The position numbers were made by a program, and so were the translations under genes. The notes beneath the pieces were generated by a model, which was not told the DNA's origin, did not search any database, and saw only the letters and a program-made list of their open reading frames with translations. Shown one piece after another: positions 54,601-64,000 of a DNA stretch of 64,000 bases. Each line of letters starts with the position of its first letter. Positions within the stretch are counted from its first letter, which is position 1. The stretch lies in the NCBI GenBank assembly GCA_043228905.1, contig JBHGNT010000037.1:1-64000 (forward strand), written 5' to 3'. The stretch is from Azolla caroliniana (Eukaryota > Plantae > Polypodiophyta).

Positions 54601-57143
54601 AAATGGTCATACCTGGCTCGTGTGATATCGGATTTCTGTGTTCAAACATGCGAATCGAAACTAACAAGGCTAGCTATGATATAGAATTAAAAAATCAAGA
54701 TTTTGAAACTCAGGTCGAGAGACATGCCGAAATTAGCATATTTGAGGAGGGAGTTGAGAAGAGCCAGTGAGTAAATTAAAATGGTCATACCTGGCTCGTG
54801 TGATATCGGATTTCTGTGTTCAAACATGCAAATCGAAGCTAACAAGGCTAGCTATGATATAGAATTAAAAAATCAAGATTTTGAAACTGACGTCGAAAGA
54901 CATGAGGAAATTACAATATTTGAGGAGGGAGTTGAGAAGAGCTAGTGAGTAAATTAAAATGTTCATACCTGGCTCGTGTGATATCGGATTTTTGTGTTCA
55001 AACATGCGAATCGAAGCTAACAACGCTAGCTATCATATAGAATTAAAAAATCGAGATTTTGAAACTCAGGTCGAGAGACATGAGGAAATTAGCATATTTC
55101 AAGAAGGAGTTGAGAAGAGCCAGTCAGTAAATTAAAATGTTCAGACCTGGCACGTGTGGTATCGGATTTTTGTGTTCAAACATGCGAATCGAAGATAACA
55201 ACGCTAGCTATGATATAGAATTAAATAATCGAGATTTTGAAACTCAGGTCGAGAGACATGAAGAAATTACAATATTTGAGGAGGGAGTTGAGAAGAGCTA
55301 GTGAGTAAATTAAAATGTTCATACCTGGCTCGTGTGATATCGGATTTTTGTGTTCAAACATGCGAATCGAAGCTAACAACGCTAGCTATGATATAGAATT
55401 AAAAAATTGAGATTTTGAAACTCAGGTCGAGAGACATGAGGAAATTAGCGTATTTCAAGAAGGAGTTGAGAAGAGCCAGTCAGTAAATTAAAATGTTCAT
55501 ACCTGGGACGTCTGATATCGGATTTTTATGTTCGAACATGCGAATCGAAGATAACAACGCTAGCTATGATATAGAATTAAATAATCGAGATTTTAAAACT
55601 CAGGTCGAGAGACATGAAGAAATTACAATATTTGAGGAGGGAGTTGAGAAGAGCTAGTGAGTAAATTAAAATAATCATACCTGGCTCGTGTGATATCGGA
55701 TTTCTGTGTTCAAACATGCGAATCGAAGCTAACAAGGCTAGCTATGACATAGAATTAAAAAATCAAGATTTTGAAACTGACGTCGAAAGACATGACGAAA
55801 TTAGCATGTTGGAGGAGGGAGTTGAGAAGAGCGAGTGAGTAAATTAAAATGGTCATACCTGGCTGGTGTGATATCGGATTTCTGTGTTCAAACATGCGAA
55901 TCGAAACTAACAAGGCTAGCTATGATATAGAATTAAAAAATCAAGATTTTGAAACTCAGGTCGAGAGACATGCCGAAATTAGCATATTTGAGGAGGGAGT
56001 TGAGAAGAGCCAGTGAGTAAATTAAAATGGTCATACCTGGCTCGTGTGATATCGGATTTCTGTGTTCAAACATGCAAATCGAAGCTAACAAGGCTAGCTA
56101 TGATATAGAATTAAAAAATCAAGATTTTGAAACTGACGTCGAAAGACATGAGGAAATTACAATATTTGAGGAGGGAGTTGAGAAGAGCTAGTGAGTAAAT
56201 TAAAATGTTCATACCTGGCTCGTGTGATATCGGATTTTTGTGTTCAAACATGCGAATCGAAGCTAACGACGCTAGCTATCATATAGAATTAAAAAATCGA
56301 GATTTTGAAACTCAGGTCGAGAGACATGAGGAAATTAGCGTATTTCAAGAAGGAGTTGAGAAGAGCCAGTCAGTAAATTAAAATGTTCATACCTGGGACG
56401 TCTGATATCGGATTTTTGTGTTCGAACATGCGAATCGAAGATAACAACGCTAGCTATGATATAGAATTAAATAATCGAGATTTTAAAACTCAGGTCGAGA
56501 GACATGAAGAAATTACAATATTTGAGGAGGGAGTTGAGAAGAGCTAGTGAGTAAATTAAAATGTTCATACCTGGCTCGTGTGATATCGGATTTCTGTGTT
56601 CAAACATGCGAATCGAAGCTAACAAGGCTAGCTATGACATAGAATTAAAAAATCAAGATTTTGAAACTGACGTCGAAAGACATGACGAAATTAGCATGTT
56701 GGAGGAGGGAGTTGAGAAGAGCGAGTGAGTAAATTAAAATGGTCATACCTGGCTGGTGTGATATCGGATTTCTGTGTTCAAACATGCGAATCGAAACTAA
56801 CAAGGCTAGCTATGATATAGAATTAAAAAATCAAGATTTTGAAACTCAGGTCGAGAGACATGCCGAAATTAGCATATTTGAGGAGGGAGTTGAGAAGAGC
56901 CAGTGAGTAAATTAAAATGGTCATACCTGGCTCGTGTGATATCGGATTTCTGTGTTCAAACATGCAAATCGAAGCTAACAAGGCTAGCTATGATATAGAA
57001 TTAAAAAATCAAGATTTTGAAACTGAGGTCGAAAGACATGAGGAAATTACAATATTTGAGGAGGGAGTTGAGAAGAGCTAGTGAGTAAATTAAAATGTTC
57101 ATACCTGGCTCGTGTGATATCGGATTTTTGTGTTCAAACATGC
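39623..57143 (+). repeat. Displaced block duplication of about 5.4 kb: 39623-45039 copied at 51727-57143 (offset 12104 = 68 monomers)
   Basis: The private monomer GCTAGTTATGATATAGTATT...CTCTGG...ATGCGG occurs only at 41141 and 53245. GATTACTG (41641/53745) and AAAATAATC (43567/55671) share the same offset. Confidence 0.92.
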
Positions 57144-58790
57144 GAATCGAAGCTAACAACGCTAGCTATCATATAGAATTAAAAAATCGAGATTTTGAAA
57201 CTGACGTCGAGAGACATGAGGAAATTAGCATATTTCAAGAAGGAGTTGAGAAGAGCCAGTCAGTAAATTAAAATGTTCAGACCTGGCACGTGTGATATCG
57301 GATTTTTGTGTTCAAACATGCGAATCGAAGATAACAACGCTAGCTATGATATAGAATTAAATAATCGCGATTTTTAAACTCAGGTCCAGAGACATGAAGA
57401 AATTACAATATTTGAGGAGGGAGTTGAGAAGAGCTAGTGAGTAAATTAAAATGTTCATACCTGGCTCGTGTGATATCGGATTTTTGTGTTAAAACATGCG
57501 AATCGAAGCTAACAACGCTAGCTATGATATAGAATTAAAAAATCGTGATTTTGAAACTCAGGTCGAGAGACATGAGGAAATTAGCATATTTGAGGAGGGA
57601 GTTGAGAAGAGCCAGTGAGTAAATTAAAATGGTCATACCTGGCTCGTGTGATATCGGATTTCTGTGTTCAAACATGCAAATCGAAGCTAACACGGCTAGC
57701 TATGATATAGAATTAAAAAATCGAGATTTTGAAACTCACGTCGAAAGACATGAGGAAATTAGAATATTTGAGGAGGGAGTTGAGAAGAGCTAGTGAGTAA
57801 ATTAAAATGTTCATACCTGGCTCGTGTGATATCGAATTTTTGTGTTCAAACATGCGAATCGAAGCTAACAACGCTAGCTATCATATAGAATTAAAAAATC
57901 GAAATTTTAAAACTCAGGTCGAGAGACATGAGGAAATTAGCATATTTCAAGAAGGAGTTGAGAAGAGCCAGTCAGTAAATTAAAATGTTCAGACCTGGCT
58001 CGTGTGATATCGGATTTCTGTGTTCAAACATGCAAATCGAAGCTAACACGGCTAGCTATGATATAGAATTAAAAAATCGAGATTTTGAAACTCAGGTCGA
58101 GAGACATGAAGAAATTAGCATATTTGAGGAGGGAGTTGAGAAGAGCGAGTGAGTAAATTAAAATGGTCATACCTGGCTCGTGTGATATCGGATTTCTGTG
58201 TTCAAACATGCGAATCGAAACTAACAAGGCTAGCTATGATATAGAATTAAAAAATCGAGATTTTGAAACTCAGGTCGAGAGACATGAGGAAATTAGCATA
58301 TTTGAGGAGGGAGTTGAGAAGAGTCAGTGAGTAAATTAAAATGGTCATACCTGGCTCGTGTGATATCGGATTTCTGTGTTCAAACATGCGAATCGAAACT
58401 AACAAGGCTAGCTATGATATAGACTTAAAAAATCGTGATTTCGAAACTGACGTCGAAAGACATGAGGAAATTAGCATATTTGAGGAGGGAGTTGAGAAGA
58501 GCGAGTGAGTAAATTAAAATGGTCATACCTGGCTCGTGTGATATCGGATTTCTGTGTTCAAACATGCAAATCGAAGCTAACAAGGCTAGCTATGATATAG
58601 AATTAAAAAATCGAGATTTTGAAACTCAGGTCGAGAGACATGAAGAAATTAGCATATTTGAGGAGGGAGTTGAGAAGAGCGTGTGTGTAAATTAAAATGG
58701 TCATACCTGGCTCGTGTGATATCGGATTTCTGTGTTCAAACATGCGAATCGAAGCTAACAAGGCTAGCTATGATATAGAATTAAAAAATC
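47850..58790 (+). repeat. Displaced block duplication of about 4.2 kb: about 47850-52030 copied at about 54610-58790 (offset 6764 = 38 monomers)
   Basis: AAAATAATC at 48907/55671, TCGCGATTTTTAAACTCAGGTCCAG at 50601/57365 and ATGCCGAA at 49207/55971 and 50097/56861 share the offset. Confidence 0.85.
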
Positions 58791-61700
58791 GAGATTTTGA
58801 AACTTAGGTCGAGAGACATGAAGAAATTAGCATATTTGAGGAGGGAGTTGAGAAGAGCCAGTGAGTAAATTAAAATGGTCATACCTGGCTCGTGTGATAT
58901 CGGATTTCTGTGTTAAAACATGCGAATCGAAACTAACAAGGCTAGCTATGATATAGACTTAAAAAATCGAGATTTCGAAACTGACGTCGAAAGACATGAG
59001 GAAATTAGCATGCTGGAGGAGGGAGTTGAGAAGAGCGAGTGAGTAAATTAAAATGGTCATACCTGGCTCGTGTGATATCGGATTTCTGTGTTCAAACATG
59101 CGAATCGAAACTAACAAGGCTAGCTATAATATAGAATTAAAAAATCGAGATTTCGAAACTCAGGTGAGAGACATGAGGAAATTAGCATATTTGAGGAGGG
59201 AGTTGAGAAGAGCCAGTGAGTAAATTAAATTGGTCATACCTGGCTCGTGTGATATCGGATTTCTGTGTTCAAACATGCAAATCGAAGCTAACACGGATAG
59301 CTATGATATAGAATTAAAAAATCGAGATTTTGAAACTCAGGTCGAGAGACATGAAGAAATTAGCATATTTGAGGAGGGAGTTGAGAAGAGCGAGTGAGTA
59401 AATTAAAATGGTCATACCTGGCTCGTGTGATATCGGATTTCTGTGTTCAAACATGCGAATCGAAACTAACAAGGCTAGCTATGATATAGAATTAAAAAAT
59501 CGAGATTTTGAAACTCAGGTCGAGAGACATGAGGAAATTAGCATATTTGAGGAGGGAGTTGAGAAGAGCGTGTGAGTAAATTAAAATGGTCATACCTGGC
59601 TCGTGTGATATCGGATTTCTGTGTTCAAACATGCGAATCGAAACTAACAAGGCTAGCTATGATATAGACTTAAAAAATCGTGATTTCGAAACTGACGTCG
59701 AAAGACATGAGGAAATTAGCATATTTGAGGAGGGAGTTGAGAAGAGCGAGTGAGTAAATTAAAATGGTCATACCTGGCTCGTGTGATATCGGATTTCTGT
59801 GTTCAAACATGCAAATCGAAGCTAACAAGGCTAGCTATGATATAGAATTAAAAAATCGAGATTTTGAAACTCAGGTCGAGAGACATGAAGAAATTAGCAT
59901 ATTTGAGGAGGGAGTTGAGAAGAGCGTGTGTGTAAATTAAAATGGTCATACCTGGCTCGTGTGATATCGGATTTCTGTGTTCAAACATGCGAATCGAAGC
60001 TAACAAGGCTAGCTATGATATAGAATTAAAAAATCGAGATTTTGAAACTCACGTCGAAAGACATGAAGAAATTAGCATATTTGAGGAGGGAGTTGAGAAG
60101 AGCGTGTGAGTAAATTAAAATGGTCATACCTGGCTCGTGTGATATCGGATTTCTGTGTTAAAACATGCGAATCGAAACTAACAAGGCTAGCTATGATATA
60201 GACTTAAAAAATCGTGATTTCGAAACTGACGTCGAAAGACATGAGGAAATTAGCATGCTGGAGCAGGGAGTTGAGAAGAGCGAGTGAGTAAATTAAAATG
60301 GTCATACCTGGCTCGTGTGATATCGGATTTCTGTGTTCAAACATGCGAATCGAAACTAACAAGGCTAGCTATGATATAGAATTAAAAAATCGAGATTTCG
60401 AAACTCAGGTGAGAGACATGAGGAAGTTAGCATATTTGAGGAGGGAGTTGAGAAGAGCCAGTGAGTAAATTAAATTGGTCATACCTGGCTCGTGTGATAT
60501 CGGATTTCTGTGTTCAAACATGCAAATCGAAGCTAACACGGATAGCTATGATATAGAATTAAAAAATCGAGATTTTGAAACTCAGGTCGAGAGACATGAA
60601 GAAATTAGCATATTTGAGGAGGGAGTTGAGAAGAGCGAGTGAGTAAATTAAAATGGTCATACCTGGCTCGTGTGATATCGGATTTCTGTGTTCAAACATG
60701 CGAATCGAAACTAACAAGGCTAGCTATGATATAGAATTAAAAAATCGAGATTTTGAAACTCAGGTCGAGAGACATGAGGAAATTAGCATATTTGAGGAGG
60801 GAGTTGAGAAGAGTCAGTGAGTAAATTAAAATGGTCATACCTGGCTCGTGTGATATCGGATTTCTGTGTTCAAACATGCGAATCGAAACTAACAAGGCTA
60901 GCTATGATATAGACTTAAAAAATCGTGATTTCGAAACTGACGTCGAAAGACATGAGGAAATTAGCATATTTGAGGAGGGCGTTGAGAAGAGCGAGTGAGT
61001 AAATTAAAATGGTCATACCTGGCTCGTGTGATATCGGATTTCTGTGTTCAAACATGCAAATCGAAGCTAACAAGGCTAGCTATGATATAGAATTAAAAAA
61101 TCGAGATTTTGAAACTCAGGTCGAGAGACATGAAGAAATTAGCATATTTGAGGAGGGAGTTGAGAAGAGCGTGTGTGTAAATTAAAATGGTCATACCTGG
61201 CTCGTGTGATATCGGATTTCTGTGTTCAAACATGCGAATCGAAGCTAACAAGGCTAGCTATGATATAGAATTAAAAAATCGAGATTTTGAAACTCACGTC
61301 GAAAGACATGAGGAAATTAGAATATTTGAGGAGGGAGTTGAGAAGAGCTAGTGAGTAAATTAAAATGTTCATACCTGGCTCGTGTGATATCGAATTTTTG
61401 TGTTCAAACATGCGAATCGAAGCTAACAACGCTAGCTATCATATAGAATTAAAAAATCGAAATTTTGAAACTCAGGTCGAGAGACATGAGGAAATTAGCA
61501 TATTTCAAGAAGGAGTTGAGAAGAGCCAGTCAGTAAATTAAAATGTTCAGACCTGGCTCGTGTGATATCGGATTTCTGTGTTCAAACATGCAAATCGAAG
61601 CTAACACGGCTAGCTATGATATAGAATTAAAAAATCGAGATTTTGAAACTCAGGTCGAGAGACATGAAGAAATTAGCATATTTGAGGAGGGAGTTGAGAA

Positions 61701-64000
61701 GAGCTAGTGAGTAAATTAAAATGTTCAGACCTGGCACGTGTGATATCGGATTTTTGTGTTCAAACATGCGAATCGAAGATAACAACGCTAGCTATGATAT
61801 AGAATTAAATAATCGAGATTTTGAAACTCAGGTCGAGAGACATGAAGAAATTACAATATTTGAGGAGGGAGTTGAGAAGAGCTAGTGAGTAAATTAAAAT
61901 GTTCATACCTGGCTCGTGTGATATCGGATTTTTGTGTTAAAACATGCGAATCGAAGCTAACAACGCTAGCTATGATATAGAATTAAAAAATCGTGATTTT
62001 GAAACTCAGGTCGAGAGACATGAGGAAATTAGCATATTTGAGGAGGGAGTTGAGAAGAGCCAGTGAGTAAATTAAAATGGTCATACCTGGCTCGTGTGAT
62101 ATCGGATTTCTGTGTTCAAACATGCGAATCGAAGCTAACAAGGCTAGCTATGATATAGAATTAAAAAATCGAGATTTTGAAACTTAGGTCGAGAGACATG
62201 AAGAAATTAGCATATTTGAGGAGGGAGTTGAGAAGAGCGTGTGAGTAAATTAAAATGGTCATACCTGGCTCGTGTGATATCGGATTTCTGTGTTAAAACA
62301 TGCGAATCGAAACTAACAAGGCTAGCTATGATATAGACTTAAAAAATCGTGATTTCGAAACTGACGTCGAAAGACATGAGGAAATTAGCATGCTGGAGGA
62401 GGGAGTTGAGAAGAGCGAGTGAGTAAATTAAAATGGTCATACCTGGCTCGTGTGATATCGGATTTCTGTGTTCAAACATGCGAATCGAAACTAACAAGGC
62501 TAGCTATGATATAAAATTAAAAAATTGAGATTTTGAAACTCAGGTCGAGAGACATGAGGAAATTAGCGTATTTCAAGAAGGAGTTGAGAAGAGCCAGTCA
62601 GTAAATTAAAATGTTCATACCTGGGACGTCTGATATCGGATTTTTGTGTTCGAACATGCGAATCGAAGATAACAACGCTAGCTATGATATAGAATTAAAT
62701 AATCGAGATTTTAAAACTCAGGTCGAGAGACATGAAGAAATTACAATATTTGAGGAGGGAGTTGAGAAGAGCTAGTGAGTAAATTAAAATGTTCATACCT
62801 GGCTCGTGTGATATCGGATTTCTGTGTTCAAACATGCGAATCGAAGCTAACAAGGCTAGCTATGACATAGAATTAAAAAATCAAGATTTTGAAACTGACG
62901 TCGAAAGACATGACGAAATTAGCATGTTGGAGGAGGGAGTTGAGAAGAGCGAGTGAGTAAATTAAAATGGTCATACCTGGCTGGTGTGATATCGGATTTC
63001 TGTGTTCAAACATGCGAATCGAAACTAACAAGGCTAGCTATGATATAGAATTAAAAAATCAAGATTTTGAAACTCAGGTCGAGAGACATGCCGAAATTAG
63101 CATATTTGAGGAGGGAGTTGAGAAGAGCCAGTGAGTAAATTAAAATGGTCATACCTGGCTCGTGTGATATCGGATTTCTGTGTTCAAACATGCAAATCGA
63201 AGCTAACAAGGCTAGCTATGATATAGAATTAAAAAATCAAGATTTTGAAACTGAGGTCGAAAGACATGAGGAAATTACAATATTTGAGGAGGGAGTTGAG
63301 AAGAGCTAGTGAGTAAATTAAAATGTTCATACCTGGCTCGTGTGATATCGGATTTTTGTGTTCAAACATGCGAATCGAAGCTAACAACGCTAGCTATCAT
63401 ATAGAATTAAAAAATCGAGATTTTGAAACTCAGGTCGAGAGACATGAGGAAATTAGCATATTTCAAGAAGGAGTTGAGAAGAGCCAGTCAGTAAATTAAA
63501 ATGTTCAGACCTGGCACGTGTGATATCGGATTTTTGTGTTCAAACATGCGAATCGAAGATAACAACGCTAGCTATGATATAGAATTAAATAATCGCGATT
63601 TTTAAACTCAGGTCCAGAGACATGAAGAAATTACAATATTTGAGGAGGGAGTTGAGAAGAGCTAGTGAGTAAATTAAAATGTTCATACCTGGCTCGTGTG
63701 ATATCGGATTTTTGTGTTAAAACATGCGAATCGAAGCTAACAACGCTAGCTATGATATAGAATTAAAAAATCGTGATTTTGAAACTCAGGTCGAGAGACA
63801 TGAGGAAATTAGCATATTTGAGGAGGGAGTTGAGAAGAGCCAGTGAGTAAATTAAAATGGTCATACCTGGCTCGTGTGATATCGGATTTCTGTGTTCAAA
63901 CATGCAAATCGAAGCTAACACGGCTAGCTATGATATAGAATTAAAAAATCGAGATTTTGAAACTCACGTCGAAAGACATGAGGAAATTAGAATATTTGAG

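Larger units (their letters stand above)
1..64000 (+). repeat. Tandem satellite DNA array, 178-bp monomer, about 360 copies, single orientation (centromere-like satellite)
   Basis: The ATGGTCATACC anchor recurs at 62, 239, 417, 595 ... 63857, spaced 178 bp apart (177/164/153 bp in deletion variants). Monomers differ by only a few recurrent substitutions. The array runs off both window edges. The centromeric role is inferred only from monomer size and homogeneity. Confidence 0.99.
36740..64000 (+). repeat. Domain containing diverged type-B monomers interleaved with type A
   Basis: Linked variants ATGTTC, AACAACGC, ATTACAAT/ATTAGAAT, TTTCAAGAAGG, GCCAGTCAGT, GGGACGTCTG/GGCACGTG, GAAGATAA and AAATAATC were not seen left of about 36.7 kb and are frequent to the right of it. 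Confidence 0.9.

Noticed and set aside
1-64000. CRISPR array or repeat-spacer system
   Set aside because: There are no unique spacers. The entire 178-bp unit repeats, and there are no cas genes or leader.
1-64000. Transposon insertion, strand inversion or telomeric repeats
   Set aside because: Length accounting closes exactly with monomers and three deletion alleles, leaving no room for inserted DNA. I saw no reverse-complement monomers or TTTAGGG/TTAGGG runs.

Overview
The whole 64 kb window is one uninterrupted, head-to-tail tandem satellite array on a single strand, built from a 178-bp monomer (about 38% GC). The consensus is ATGGTCATACCTGGCTCGTGTGATATCGGATTTCTGTGTTCAAACATGCGAATCGAAGCTAACAAGGCTAGCTATGATATAGAATTAAAAAATCGAGATTTTGAAACTCAGGTCGAGAGACATGAAGAAATTAGCATATTTGAGGAGGGAGTTGAGAAGAGCGAGTGAGTAAATTAAA. 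Positions 62-63856 hold 359 monomers. The length is fully accounted for by 15 one-bp, 3 fourteen-bp and 2 twenty-five-bp deletions (359x178-107=63795). I saw no genes, transposons, inversions or unique DNA, and the single listed ORF is a chance read-through. The monomer size and homogeneity resemble eukaryotic centromeric or pericentromeric satellite, but this is inference and I cannot name the family or species. The structure of interest lies in the variants: nested block duplications offset by 4-138 monomers, a shift to a second monomer subfamily at about 36.7 kb, microhomology-flanked deletion junctions, dyad symmetries, and a tentative colinear resemblance of the monomer to 5S rRNA. All counts and offsets were read by eye.
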